Positions 20,104 to 29,880 of a DNA stretch of 64,000 nt are shown here, piece by piece. The position numbers and the translations under genes are program-made. How positions within the stretch are numbered: position 1 is the first letter of the stretch; every line of letters begins with the position of its first letter. Source of the stretch: Bacteroidota bacterium. Lineage in GTDB: Bacteria > Bacteroidota > Ignavibacteria > UBA10030. The stretch spans positions 1,251-65,250 of the forward strand of contig JBEKOB010000008.1 of NCBI GenBank assembly GCA_049522195.1, in the 5' to 3' direction. The notes beneath the pieces were generated by a model. It did not search any database and was not told the origin of the DNA. It saw nothing but the letters and a program-made list of their open reading frames with translations.

Positions 20104-20312
20104 TCTTCAGGGCTTTCAGCTTGTTTTGAGCGCGTCCGTGTCATCATAAAACGATATACACTATAAAGAACGAGCACAAGCCCAAAAATAATCCGAATCT
20201 GCGTTGACACACCCTGGCTCATCAGAACGCCACTGAGGACGAAAACCCCTGCGACGCCCATGATCCCCGACATGCCATAGCCCACGATCGTTGAGACATC
20301 AGCCAATTTCAA
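20100..20312 (-). CDS. Small two-TM membrane protein
   Basis: 70 aa with two hydrophobic helices. An ATGA overlap links it to the PstS-like gene, and it sits 3 nt after the tonB stop. Confidence 0.5.
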   Translation of the reverse strand: MKLADVSTIVGYGMSGIMGVAGVFVLSGVLMSQGVSTQIRIIFGLVLVLYSVYRFMMTRTRSKQAESPEE

Positions 20313-20315
20313 CGC

Positions 20316-21029
20316 TTACTTCCCCTGCAGCTTGAACCGGAATGGAATCGAGACCCATACTGATACCGGGCCGTTCTTCATCATTGCCGGCGTGAATATC
20401 CATTGCATTGCTGCGTCTGTCGCTGGCTGGTCGAAGATCTCGGCATCGCTCTTTTGAACAATCGCCTTCCTCGGTCTTCCGCCCCGATCGACCCAGATTT
20501 TCACCCACACAGTGCCTTCCAAACCGGCTCGCATCGCAAGATCAGGATACTTCGGCTGAACCTGCTTTACGGGCTCGGGCGCTATCTCGAACGGGACAAA
20601 CGGGGGCGGAGGTTCGTTCGGATCAATTTCGATCAACCTTCCACCGCCTGACACAGGACCCTGGTCGCCTGAAACCGGCGCCGGGACTGGATCCGTCTGC
20701 CTTGGAATCGTCACTTCCGGATCCGCCTTCAAGTCAGGAACAGGAACCGGAATTCCCACGCGTGTTTTCGATTCGCCCGGACTCGCATCCGGTGTCGTTA
20801 TCAGCCCCAGAGGAGAAGGCAACTGAATCATACTGTACGAGATCTCGTGGGCCCTGATCGTAACATACTTCTCATTGCCCATCAAAGCGACCGATCCCCA
20901 GTACGCTCCGGCACCAAGGAAGTGAAGCGTCAATGCAAGAACCAGCCCGAATGTTGAGTACTTCATCTGGAGTTTTTTCAGCTCGGGCGCACCATACTCC
21001 AGTTTGCGTCGTTCATCGAGTTGTTCCAT
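20316..21029 (-). CDS. tonB: TonB family energy transducer
   Basis: N-terminal TM anchor, Pro-rich linker, and a C-terminal TonB domain (KPKYPDLAMRAGLEGTVWVKIWVDRGG...IFTPAMMKNGPVSVWVSIPFRFKL). Confidence 0.85.
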   Translation of the reverse strand: MEQLDERRKLEYGAPELKKLQMKYSTFGLVLALTLHFLGAGAYWGSVALMGNEKYVTIRAHEISYSMIQLPSPLGLITTPDASPGESKTRVGIPVPVPDLKADPEVTIPRQTDPVPAPVSGDQGPVSGGGRLIEIDPNEPPPPFVPFEIAPEPVKQVQPKYPDLAMRAGLEGTVWVKIWVDRGGRPRKAIVQKSDAEIFDQPATDAAMQWIFTPAMMKNGPVSVWVSIPFRFKLQGK

Positions 21030-21157
21030 GAGTGTGCTCCTTCCCTTTTTGTGTCGTTGATTCCTGACACATCGTCAACCAGTACATTGTCAACTCGGGA
21101 AACGCGATCTCACCAACGGCCAAATCGATGCAAGCGCCATCCAGCGCTCTTCTTCTG

Positions 21158-21883
21158 TTACTTCCCCTGCAGCTTGAACCGGAATGGAATCGAGACCCAT
21201 ACCGAAACCGGGCCGTTCTTCATCATTGCCGGCGTAAAGATCCACTGCATGGCTGCTGACGTTGCAGGCTCGTTGAAGATTTCAGCATCACTCTTCTGTA
21301 CAACCGCCTTCTTCGGCTTTCCTTCCTTATCGACCCAAATCTTCACCCACACGGTGCCTTCCAGACCGGCACGCGTGGCAAGATCAGGATACTTCGGCTG
21401 AATCTGCTTCACGGCTTCCGGGGCTTTCTCGTATGGGACGTAGTCTGCCGGAGGAGCTTCATCTTCTTCAATCTTGATTTCCTTCTCTCCTGCTCCACCG
21501 CCGGGACCCTGATCAAGCGGGGCCGTCTGAGTAGCCATTTCCTGCTGTGTCGCGATCGTCTGCTCTGGGCTCACTTCTGCATCAGGAACAGGAACCGGGA
21601 TACCAACACTCGGCTTCACTCCGGCGGTCGCCGCAGTAACAGATGCGGCCATAGCGTCCGTCATGGACGGTGGTGGACCCAGATCGCTGTACTTGACAAT
21701 CAGCTTTACAGTGCCTTTCGGCTCGTTCTCCTGCGAAAGATACATCGCTCCCCAGTATGCACTGACTCCCAGGAAATGGAAAGCCAGTCCGATGACGAGC
21801 GCGATCGTCAGGTACTTCTGGTAGATCTTCTTGAGCTCAACGGCACCGTAGTCGGTTTTGTATTTTATGTCGAATTGTTCCAT
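21158..21883 (-). CDS. tonB: TonB family energy transducer, tandem paralogue
   Basis: Same architecture as its neighbour. The start is taken at MEQFDIKYK by analogy with the neighbour's MEQLDERRK. The last 27 residues are identical to 20316..21029. Confidence 0.85.
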   Translation of the reverse strand: MEQFDIKYKTDYGAVELKKIYQKYLTIALVIGLAFHFLGVSAYWGAMYLSQENEPKGTVKLIVKYSDLGPPPSMTDAMAASVTAATAGVKPSVGIPVPVPDAEVSPEQTIATQQEMATQTAPLDQGPGGGAGEKEIKIEEDEAPPADYVPYEKAPEAVKQIQPKYPDLATRAGLEGTVWVKIWVDKEGKPKKAVVQKSDAEIFNEPATSAAMQWIFTPAMMKNGPVSVWVSIPFRFKLQGK

Positions 21884-21899
21884 AGGCATGCTCCTTCCC

Positions 21900-22403
21900 T
21901 TACGATGCCCTTGCTTTTTGGATCTGGCGCTTGTCATACTCATTCATCGGCGCCAGACTAAATCGTGTTACTTTTGCGATGGCAATTTCGTCCATCAGCT
22001 TAATCATCATGCTATATTTGCCGTCACGATCGACCTTCAGAAGCGTGATCAGTTTCGGATTTTCCTTGTTCTTGTCCTCCAGAAACTTTCTCAGTTCTTT
22101 CATTTCGACGCGATGGGCAGGCTCCGTTCCGATGTTCCAGAAAATGGCACCATCAGAGGCGACTCGCAGCGTCATGAGGTTCGATTCGGCAACCTCGATC
22201 GGCGACTGGTCCTTCGGGAGGTTCAGCTCCATCGTCTGGGGTTTGCTGAAGTATGTCGTGAGCATGAAGAACGTCAGCAACAGAAAAGCCACGTCCACCA
22301 TCGGCGTCATATCGATTCGAATGCTCAGGCGGCGTTTTTTCTTGTGCTTCTTTCCTCCGCGAGCATGACTTTTCGATTCACCACCACTGTCTAGTGCTGC
22401 CAT
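21900..22403 (-). CDS. exbD: ExbD/TolR biopolymer transport protein
   Basis: IDMTPMVDVAFLLLTFFMLTT motif, a single TM helix and a periplasmic domain. Confidence 0.85.
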   Translation of the reverse strand: MAALDSGGESKSHARGGKKHKKKRRLSIRIDMTPMVDVAFLLLTFFMLTTYFSKPQTMELNLPKDQSPIEVAESNLMTLRVASDGAIFWNIGTEPAHRVEMKELRKFLEDKNKENPKLITLLKVDRDGKYSMMIKLMDEIAIAKVTRFSLAPMNEYDKRQIQKARAS

Positions 22404-22419
22404 AAACAGACTCCATTAA

Positions 22420-22884
22420 TTAGGATTTATCCATTTCAGTGACAAGGTTAAACCTCGTTATGTTTACTTGACGCAGGATATCGAGGATATCCTCAACTGG
22501 ACCAAATGGCGCATCTTTGTCCCCCTTGACAAGCGTTCGCAGCTTCGGATTCGAAATTCGGGCTTGAATCAGAAGGTCGTGCAGCTGTTTTCGATCTACC
22601 TCAACAGCAGGCTTCAGCTTGTTGCCTTCGCCAAACAGCTGGGCGCGGAGGCGCTGGGAATCTACTCCAAGGAACGTGCGCCCTTCCCTGTTCACCGTCA
22701 CGATCATGACATCCGTTTCCGGCATCTTGAACGGAGCGTGGGAAGCCGGGAGCTCGATCGCTGTTGCCTCATCCGGGCGAAACTGCGTTGTCATCATGAA
22801 GAACGTGAGCAGCAGCATGGCCACGTCCACCATCGGCGTCATATCAATCTTAAACCCGAGGCGTTTTTTCTTGATTTTTGGCAT
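22420..22884 (-). CDS. exbD: ExbD/TolR biopolymer transport protein
   Basis: IDMTPMVDVAMLLLTFFMMTT motif; second copy in tandem. Confidence 0.85.
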   Translation of the reverse strand: MPKIKKKRLGFKIDMTPMVDVAMLLLTFFMMTTQFRPDEATAIELPASHAPFKMPETDVMIVTVNREGRTFLGVDSQRLRAQLFGEGNKLKPAVEVDRKQLHDLLIQARISNPKLRTLVKGDKDAPFGPVEDILDILRQVNITRFNLVTEMDKS

Positions 22885-22898
22885 GGCGTGCCCTCACA

Positions 22899-23636
22899 TT
22901 ACTTGGATTTACCAGCAGGGACTTTCTCTGCCAGTGACTGAACGATCGAATAGCTGGCTTCATCAATCATATAGGTGAAGTTATCGACCTTTGTCGTGAA
23001 GAAGTTGTATGCGAGAATACCACAAATGGCTGCGATCAAACCACCGGCGGTATTGATCAGCGCCTCAGAAATACCTAAAGCAAGCTGAATGGGGTCCGGT
23101 GTGCCTTTGGCCATAGCACGGAATGCGCGAATCATACCGATCACCGTACCGAGAAGGCCCCACATCGTGGCAATGGAAGCAATCGTCGACAGTGCTACAA
23201 GATTCTTCTCAAGCAGAGGTACTTCAAGCAGCATGGCTTCTTCGATAGCACGTTGAACTTCTGTCATCATTTCCTTCTGACCCTTGACATCTCCATCATG
23301 AACGAGCTGTTTGTACTTGTCCAGGCCCGTTCGAATGATGTTGGCGCAGGATCCCCGCTGCCTGTCGCATGCAGCAATGGCGCCTTCGATGTTACCCTTG
23401 TTGATTTCCTGTGTTACGTTCTTCAAGAACACTGCGAGCGAACCGCGTCCCTGTGCTTTGCGGAGAGAAAAAATACGCTCGAAGATGAATGTGACGACCA
23501 TGATCGTCATCGCGATCAAACCAATGACGAGTGGGCCACCCGCTTGGATGTAGTCCGGCATTCCGTATGCAAAGATGAAATACGACGCTACCAGCGCGAG
23601 CACCAAAACGACCGTGATGAATACACCTTGTTTCAT
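22899..23636 (-). CDS. exbB: MotA/TolQ/ExbB proton channel protein
   Basis: Three TM helices and the conserved tail MWGLLGTVIGMIRAF....ALGISEALINTAGGLIAAI. Confidence 0.85.
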   Translation of the reverse strand: MKQGVFITVVLVLALVASYFIFAYGMPDYIQAGGPLVIGLIAMTIMVVTFIFERIFSLRKAQGRGSLAVFLKNVTQEINKGNIEGAIAACDRQRGSCANIIRTGLDKYKQLVHDGDVKGQKEMMTEVQRAIEEAMLLEVPLLEKNLVALSTIASIATMWGLLGTVIGMIRAFRAMAKGTPDPIQLALGISEALINTAGGLIAAICGILAYNFFTTKVDNFTYMIDEASYSIVQSLAEKVPAGKSK

Positions 23637-23685
23637 ATTTACTCCTTTGATTATGTTGTGAGTGAACTACTACCAACAAATGTAG

Positions 23686-24027
23686 CTAGAACTTTTTGAC
23701 TGCCGCGTCGCGGGTCTCCTCGAGATCGAAGACGCTCGCCAGACGCGTGATGACAAAAACATTCTGAACACCTTTACCCATTTCACACAGCTTGATCTTG
23801 CCGCCTGCCTTCGTATACATCGTGTGAATCCCAACCAAGGCGCCGATTCCCGAGCTGTTGATATACGATACACCACCCAAATCCAACACCAACTTTCGAT
23901 TCCCCTGCTCAAGCAGATCGCGGGCTTTGGCTTTGAGTTCGTCCGTCTCCTCACCGCCTATGAGCGATCCACGCGGTTCAATGACGGCAATTTCCAGATT
24001 ATTCATTGTGGTAACTTTGACTGCCAT
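23686..24027 (-). CDS. STAS-domain protein (anti-sigma-factor antagonist, SpoIIAA-like)
   Basis: LVLDLGGVSYINSSGIGALVG (the conserved Ser is in the DLGGVSYINSSG context). The start is taken at the ATG at 24025-24027, which is preceded by GGGAGG at 4-nt spacing. Confidence 0.75.
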   Translation of the reverse strand: MAVKVTTMNNLEIAVIEPRGSLIGGEETDELKAKARDLLEQGNRKLVLDLGGVSYINSSGIGALVGIHTMYTKAGGKIKLCEMGKGVQNVFVITRLASVFDLEETRDAAVKKF

Positions 24028-24105
24028 ACCGCCTCCCACATTATGCGTTAGGGGTGAACGCCCAGTTCTTTGCCGGGCTCTGGTTGATTATTCATCAGAG
24101 GCATG

Positions 24106-24121
24106 GGCAATCATTATGCCA
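24106..24121 (-). promoter_or_regulatory. Sigma-54 (-24/-12) promoter upstream of the STAS-exbB operon
   Basis: The - strand reads TGGCAT-AATGA-TTGCC, matching the TGGCAC-N5-TTGCW consensus with correct spacing. It lies about 80 nt upstream of the STAS start codon and directly downstream of an NtrC-type activator gene. Confidence 0.6.
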
Positions 24122-24296
24122 CACAAATGGGTAAAAACAGGCTGGAATAGGGACTTCCTGACACCCTACGGCTCGCTGAGAGGCCTTGAAACTGAATTTT
24201 GCACTATCATTCCTAAAAAACGGTGTCTTTTCTCTGCAAGCCGTTACCACTAAAAGGCTTGCGGCGTATTGCAAAACGCACGATTGTGCTCTGAAG

Positions 24297-25625
24297 TTAA
24301 AGCCCGAATTTCTTCCTCTTTCGCCAAAGGGTTGCTGGATCTATGCCGAGAATTCTCGCAGCATCATCGTAATCCTTTGCATGCTGCAGGACCCTCTTGA
24401 TGTGCAGTTTCTCCATCTCTTCGAGTGAACGCGTATCGCCCGGCTGCTCCGACGCCACCCGTACTTCCTCCGGCAAATGCGAGAGCTCGATCATCCCGTT
24501 TTGCGCTAGCAGAACGGATCGCTCAATGACATGTTCGAGTTCGCGGACATTGCCGCTCCAGCGATAGGCACGAAGTGCCTTCATCGCCTCCGGCGCCAGG
24601 TCGACAGACGAGCCTTTCGCATACTTCTGAAGAAAATGCTGGATGAGCATCGGAAGATCTTCAGGACGCTCACGAAGCGGTACGAGCTTCAACCGAACGG
24701 CGTTGAGGCGATAAAAGAGGTCTTCTCGGAACGCTCCTTCTTTCATCGCCTCTTCAAGATTTCTGTTTGTTGCCGCCAGAACGCGTACATCGACTTTCTG
24801 CGACACACTCTCGCCGAGACGCTCGAACTCTTTGCTCTGCAACACTCGAAGAAGTTTCCCCTGAATGCCCGGTGTAAGATCTGCGATCTCGTCGAGGAAA
24901 ATCGTTCCACCGTTCGCCAGCTCGAACCTCCCCTGCCGGTCTTTCACTGCTCCAGTGAACGCGCCACGAACGTGACCGAAAAGCTCACTTTCAAGGAGCT
25001 GCTCAGGAATTGCGGCACAGTTTACCTTCACAAACGCCATCGGCGCACGCGAGCTCTTCTCATGGATAAAGTGTGCGAACAGCTCCTTGCCCGTACCGCT
25101 CTCTCCTTCAATCAGCACCGACATTGTGCTGTCAGCGACACGAGCCGCCAGATCGATCTGTGCAAGCATCTCCCGATTGCGGGTAACCAAATCACCCGTT
25201 TCCCGCTCCAGATTGAGCTGATTGCGAAGCTCTTTCACCTCTCGCGTCAGCCTGTGATATTCCCAGGCCTTCTGTGCAAAAAGCTGGAGTTCATTGAAAT
25301 CGAACGGTTTCTGCAAATAGTGATACGCACCCCGCTTCACTGCTTCAATGGCGCTGTCGATGGAGCCGTGTGCTGTTATGATGATCACCGTTGTATCAGG
25401 CGAGAACTTCTTGATCTCCGCGAGCACCTCCATGCCGTCAATTGGCGCCATCTTGAGATCAACAAACGCAAGGTCGAAGCTTTCCTTGTGTAAGACCGCC
25501 AGTGCCTCCTGCGGCTTTGAGAACAGCTGCGTCTGGTAACCAATCGCGGTGAAACAAACCCCTATGGTTTTCAGGATGTTCGGCTCATCATCGACGACAA
25601 GGACTTTTGGAATTGGCTGCGTCAT
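24297..25625 (-). CDS. Sigma-54-dependent response regulator (NtrC/AtoC family)
   Basis: Receiver domain (VLVVDDE...DLKMAP...KP), AAA+ sigma-54 interaction domain (GESGTGKE, ESELFGHVRGAFTGA) and a C-terminal Fis-type HTH. Confidence 0.9.
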   Translation of the reverse strand: MTQPIPKVLVVDDEPNILKTIGVCFTAIGYQTQLFSKPQEALAVLHKESFDLAFVDLKMAPIDGMEVLAEIKKFSPDTTVIIITAHGSIDSAIEAVKRGAYHYLQKPFDFNELQLFAQKAWEYHRLTREVKELRNQLNLERETGDLVTRNREMLAQIDLAARVADSTMSVLIEGESGTGKELFAHFIHEKSSRAPMAFVKVNCAAIPEQLLESELFGHVRGAFTGAVKDRQGRFELANGGTIFLDEIADLTPGIQGKLLRVLQSKEFERLGESVSQKVDVRVLAATNRNLEEAMKEGAFREDLFYRLNAVRLKLVPLRERPEDLPMLIQHFLQKYAKGSSVDLAPEAMKALRAYRWSGNVRELEHVIERSVLLAQNGMIELSHLPEEVRVASEQPGDTRSLEEMEKLHIKRVLQHAKDYDDAARILGIDPATLWRKRKKFGL

Positions 25626-27529
25626 GCGGAACTTCTCTCCGATCGCGGAATTGTAAAGAAGAACGTACTCCCCTGCCCCACACTGCTCTCGACCCAGATT
25701 CTGCCTCCGTGCGCTTCCACCACTTCCTTCGCAATTGCCAACCCCAGTCCAACACTGCCCGGCATGGCATCCGTCGATTGCTTGATCTGGACAAACTTAT
25801 CGAAGATCACTTCCACCGCGTCCGCAGGGATGCCCCGGCCTGAATCCTTCACGGAGACGCGTATGGAATCATCAAGAAGATCCGAGTGAATGGTAACGGT
25901 TCCATCAGCCGGCGTATAGCGCAGTGCGTTACTAACGAGGTTCGCCACAACCCAGGAGAGTTGTTGCTGATCGCCCGGAACTTCGGGCGTGCTGGGCGGA
26001 ATCTCCGTTTCGAGATGAATGCCTTTTTCCCGGAACTGCAGGCGCAAGGGCTTCAACGCTTCTTCGACGACGGACCGAAGGTTTATTTTCTCACTCCTCA
26101 GTTCGTACTTTCCGGATTCGAGACGCGACATGTCCAGCAGCTCTTTGACAAGCTTCGTGAGCCGCTCGCAGTCGTCTTTTGCAGTCACAAGCATATCCCG
26201 TTGAGGCTCATTCACCGATCCGAGGACTTCCCGTGACAGGATATCGACTGCCATGTTGATGGAGGTCAGCGGCGTGCGAAGCTCATGCGATACCGTCGCA
26301 ATGAACTCAGACTTCATGCGATCAAGGTTCTTGAACCGCGTTACATCCTGGAGAAGAATCACCACGCCGAGGATGTTTCTTGATTCATCAACAATAGTGG
26401 TTTGGCGGGGGCGAAAATAAAGAGCCTGTTGTCCCGGCCGCTGAATGGAAAGCAGTGTGTCTTGCTGTGCCGTTTCGTCTGCGCGTGCTCCTCTACCGCT
26501 CAAGAGGGTCAGCCAGCGATCATTGTCAACGATCTCACCAAGGGGCTTCCCCTGCCAATCCGTGCCATGCACCTGCAACAATCTTCTCGCTGCCTGATTC
26601 ATCAGCAGGACTTTGTTTCCTTCATCCACCATGATGACCGGATCCGGGATGCTGGCGACGATTGCTTCGGATTTCTTTTTCTCGACGATGAGCTGAGAGA
26701 TGTTCAACTCTTCATAGGTCCTCAGCCGCTCCGTCATCTTGTTAAACTCCATGCCAAGTTCACCAATCTCGTCGTTCGTTGTAATATCAATTTTTTGATT
26801 TAGCTGCCCCTTGCCGATTCTGCGCGCAGCCTCCGTCAGCTTCTCCGCCGGCCTGATGATGGTCCGGGAAATCTGAACGCTGGCGAACAGGATCAGGACA
26901 ATCGCAAAGATCGAAGTGAAGAGCACGGCAAACGCTGCGCTGTTTGAGGCTTCTCTGGCCCTTTTGTCTGCGGAGACGATCGCCTCTTGATTGAACTGAA
27001 GGAAGCGAGAGCACTCTCCTTTCAGCGTTTGCACGACCGGCCTCAGAGTCCTTTCATGAAAGGTTCGCGCGGCCCCCCGCCTGCTCCGTGCTTCAAGTAT
27101 CTTGAAGAGTGAATCGGAGTTCCCAAGATATGTCGTGTAGGCTACGAAAATGCTATCGAGGACCGGTGGCTTCGGAGCGACCAGAACGCTTTCAGTCGCC
27201 GTGCGATAGGAAAGGATAAAATCATCGCGGTTTTTTACAAAGACACCGCGTGCCGAGGTCAACTCATCCTTCCAGCTTGTCTGCACAGGCTCCCCACCGA
27301 TCGGAAGTAGTACGCTGACATAGATTAGGGCTTCCTGAGCCTGCTGTTGCTGGTCCAGTGCTTTGGACATCTGCTGCGCAGCGAGAACACCCTGGTAGTT
27401 TTCGCGCATCATCTGGCCAACAGAGCCCTGGAACTCCAGGAAATTATAGAGGGCCACGACGCTCGAGGCGAGGGTTACGCAAACCAGAAGGAAGTAGCTA
27501 AAACCGATTTTGTAACGCAGGCTGCTCAT
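25622..27529 (-). CDS. Sensor histidine kinase (TM-HAMP-PAS-HisKA-HATPase)
   Basis: HAMP region (IIRPAEKLTEAARRIGKGQLN...), H-box SHELRTPLTSI and G-box GSVGLGLAIAKEVVEAHGGRIWVES. A 4-nt overlap links it to the regulator gene. Confidence 0.9.
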   Translation of the reverse strand: MSSLRYKIGFSYFLLVCVTLASSVVALYNFLEFQGSVGQMMRENYQGVLAAQQMSKALDQQQQAQEALIYVSVLLPIGGEPVQTSWKDELTSARGVFVKNRDDFILSYRTATESVLVAPKPPVLDSIFVAYTTYLGNSDSLFKILEARSRRGAARTFHERTLRPVVQTLKGECSRFLQFNQEAIVSADKRAREASNSAAFAVLFTSIFAIVLILFASVQISRTIIRPAEKLTEAARRIGKGQLNQKIDITTNDEIGELGMEFNKMTERLRTYEELNISQLIVEKKKSEAIVASIPDPVIMVDEGNKVLLMNQAARRLLQVHGTDWQGKPLGEIVDNDRWLTLLSGRGARADETAQQDTLLSIQRPGQQALYFRPRQTTIVDESRNILGVVILLQDVTRFKNLDRMKSEFIATVSHELRTPLTSINMAVDILSREVLGSVNEPQRDMLVTAKDDCERLTKLVKELLDMSRLESGKYELRSEKINLRSVVEEALKPLRLQFREKGIHLETEIPPSTPEVPGDQQQLSWVVANLVSNALRYTPADGTVTIHSDLLDDSIRVSVKDSGRGIPADAVEVIFDKFVQIKQSTDAMPGSVGLGLAIAKEVVEAHGGRIWVESSVGQGSTFFFTIPRSERSSA

Positions 27530-27671
27530 TTGAGCAAATAGTATTCATTTTTCGCCCGAAAGGCAAAAGCTCAGAAAACCTTAATTTCCAATGACTTCCG
27601 GCGTGCGAACGGGGAGCAGCCGGAGTCCCAACCCTGTTAATGATTGCTCGAAGATCGGTTGAGAAAAAAAG

Positions 27672-27700
27672 TTGAAGGGGATAGAACTTTTTTCTAAACT
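27672..27700 (+). promoter_or_regulatory. Possible sigma-70-like promoter of the TetR/efflux operon
   Basis: TTGAAG (27672-27677), a 17-nt spacer, then TAAACT (27695-27700), just upstream of the palindrome. This is motif-level evidence only. Confidence 0.35.
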
Positions 27701-27711
27701 CATACGTATAA

Positions 27712-27728
27712 AATGACCATTAGTCATT
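27712..27728. promoter_or_regulatory. Palindromic candidate TetR operator
   Basis: AATGAC-cattA-GTCATT has perfect 6-bp inverted arms. It lies 11 nt upstream of the TetR ORF, in the divergent region shared with the kinase gene. Confidence 0.5.
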
Positions 27729-27738
27729 AACTACACGA

Positions 27739-28422
27739 GTGTCAAAAATGGGAATTCTAGAGCGCAAAGAAAGGGAGAGGGGGCACCGCAGGGAAGAGAT
27801 CATTGACGCAGCCCAGCACGTGTTCTTTGAGAAGGGATTGTATGTTGCGACAATGGACGAGATCGCCGAGAAAGCCGAGCTGAGCAAAGGGACCCTCTAC
27901 CTCTACTATAAGAGCAAGGAAGACTTGTATCTGGCGGTTATGATGCGGGGTATGGAAATCCTGAGCGACATGTTCACCAAGGTGACGAAGAGCGGAGAAT
28001 CTGCGGCAAAGATGTTGGTCGGCCTCAGTGATGCGTATGTTTCCTACTTCACCAATCACAGAGAGTATTTCCGGATGATCCATTTCCTGCAGACGCCCCA
28101 ATTTCACAAACAGGCCTCCGACGAAATGAAACAGAGCTGCGGCACACTCAACCGGCATGTGTGGGGCCTAGCCAACGAAATACTTCAGCGTTGCATCGAT
28201 GAAGGCATCCTCCGCAAAGATCTCAATCCGGTCGAAGTGGGAATAATTCTTTGGTCGAGTACCACCGCCCTCTTGCTTCGCATCGACAGCGAGTACCCAA
28301 TGTGGAAACAGAGTTTTCACATTGATCTTACTCAGACGCTGAAGCTCTCCAACAGATTGTTGTTTGATGCAATGTGTACGGAGAATGGAAGGAAAACGAT
28401 CACAGCCCTTGCGAACAACTGA
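27739..28422 (+). CDS. TetR/AcrR family transcriptional regulator
   Basis: N-terminal HTH EEIIDAAQHVFFEKGLYVATMDEIAEKAELSKGTLYLYYKSKEDLY. The start is either GTG 27739 or ATG 27748. Confidence 0.85.
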   Translation: MSKMGILERKERERGHRREEIIDAAQHVFFEKGLYVATMDEIAEKAELSKGTLYLYYKSKEDLYLAVMMRGMEILSDMFTKVTKSGESAAKMLVGLSDAYVSYFTNHREYFRMIHFLQTPQFHKQASDEMKQSCGTLNRHVWGLANEILQRCIDEGILRKDLNPVEVGIILWSSTTALLLRIDSEYPMWKQSFHIDLTQTLKLSNRLLFDAMCTENGRKTITALANN

Positions 28423-28441
28423 ACATCCTATCGAGGAATAC

Positions 28442-29860
28442 ATGAATCTGCACCGTCGATTACCATTGATTGCATATTGCCTCACCCTCGCAGTGGTTTT
28501 CCTCGCGGCGACGGCAGAATCACAACAAAGCCTCCCACAACGCCTCTCGCTCCAGGATGCGGTGCGTCTGGCCATGAAACGAAACCCGGACCTTACCTCT
28601 GCCCGGCTTGAAGTAAAGCGCTCCGATGCGCGTGTTCTCGAAGCCTGGGGAAACGCCCTGCCGGCTGTCGATCTCTCCGGACAGTACGTCCATATGATCG
28701 ATAAACCGGTCACGTTTTTTCCAGACATCTTTCTGTACAGCTTCATGAAGGCGATTGACTCCACAACGCCCAAACCGACCGGACAGTTCGTGCCCGTTTC
28801 CTTCTCCCCAGGCTTCATGGCAAGTGCAACGCTGAATGTGAGACAGATTCTCTTTAACGGGGCTGTCTTTATTGGTGTCGGCGCAGCAAACATCTATTCG
28901 CATCTCGCACGCGACTTGTACCAGGCGAAACAGGTTGAGACCGTGACCAAGGTGCAAAAGGCATACTATGGAGCCCTTCTTGCCCATGAGGCATTCGACC
29001 TGATGCACTCCAGTCTCCAGAACGCCGAAGACAATCTTAAGAATGTCCGCGTGATGCTCAAACAAGGAATCGTTTCGGACTACGACGAACTGCGTGCCTC
29101 GGTGGGAGTTGAAAACGTCCGCCCGATGGTCATCCAGAGCGAGACGAATTTCAATCTCGCCCTCGATAATCTTCGCAACACGATTGGTGTAACGAACAAA
29201 GAGGAGTTTATTTTGACCGACAGCCTGTCATTCCAAGCGATCGATGAGGAGATCCTCAAACGCGCGGAAACGCTTGTCCTTGAGCTGAACCCCGGCCTCA
29301 GCGCTGTCAAACGGCAGATTGAGCTTAACGGTGCGGTGGTCAATGCCGAGCGATCGAACTATCTCCCTACGATCGCTGCCTTTGGACAGTACCAGTACCA
29401 AGCTGCAAAAGACGAATTCAATTTCTCGACGAACGACTTCTATAAAGGTTCAAATATCGGCTTGTCACTCTCACTGAGCCTCTTCCAGGGATTCCAGACC
29501 TATGCACGCGTCGAACAAGCGCAACTCGAGCAGCGCAAGAGCGAAGAACAGCAGGTCAATCTCGAGAGAACGCTACAGACTGGACTCCACTCCATTCTGG
29601 GGAACCTGCAACAGGCCCGCAAGAGAATCGAAGCACAGGGCAAGACTGTTGAGATGGCCGAGCGGGGGTATAAGATTGTCACGACACGCTTCCTGAGCAA
29701 CGCTGCGACACAGCTCGAAGTGAACGACGCCCAGCTTGCGCTGACACAGGCCAAAGTCAACCGCGTGCAGGCCATCTATGATTATCTGATAGCTTCCGCT
29801 GATCTGGACCAGCTGATCGGACGTCTACCAGGCTATCTCCTCGAAACTGAAGAAAAGTAA
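28442..29860 (+). CDS. TolC-family outer membrane efflux protein
   Basis: The start is taken at MNLHRRLPLIAYCLTLAVVFLAA (signal peptide). Two repeated coiled-coil/beta halves with OEP-type motifs (LSLQDAVRLAMKRNPDL, YLPTIAAFGQYQY). Confidence 0.85.
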   Translation: MNLHRRLPLIAYCLTLAVVFLAATAESQQSLPQRLSLQDAVRLAMKRNPDLTSARLEVKRSDARVLEAWGNALPAVDLSGQYVHMIDKPVTFFPDIFLYSFMKAIDSTTPKPTGQFVPVSFSPGFMASATLNVRQILFNGAVFIGVGAANIYSHLARDLYQAKQVETVTKVQKAYYGALLAHEAFDLMHSSLQNAEDNLKNVRVMLKQGIVSDYDELRASVGVENVRPMVIQSETNFNLALDNLRNTIGVTNKEEFILTDSLSFQAIDEEILKRAETLVLELNPGLSAVKRQIELNGAVVNAERSNYLPTIAAFGQYQYQAAKDEFNFSTNDFYKGSNIGLSLSLSLFQGFQTYARVEQAQLEQRKSEEQQVNLERTLQTGLHSILGNLQQARKRIEAQGKTVEMAERGYKIVTTRFLSNAATQLEVNDAQLALTQAKVNRVQAIYDYLIASADLDQLIGRLPGYLLETEEK

Positions 29861-29880
29861 ACTACTGAAGGAATATTTCC

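Noticed and set aside
24531-25493. 320-codon + strand ORF
   Set aside because: It is completely antisense to the NtrC-family regulator, whose motifs (GESGTGKE, GAFTGA) are unambiguous. The + ORF product contains no recognisable motif.
28168-28893. 241-codon - strand ORF spanning the TetR/TolC junction
   Set aside because: It is antisense to two well-supported + strand genes and has no motif or signal.
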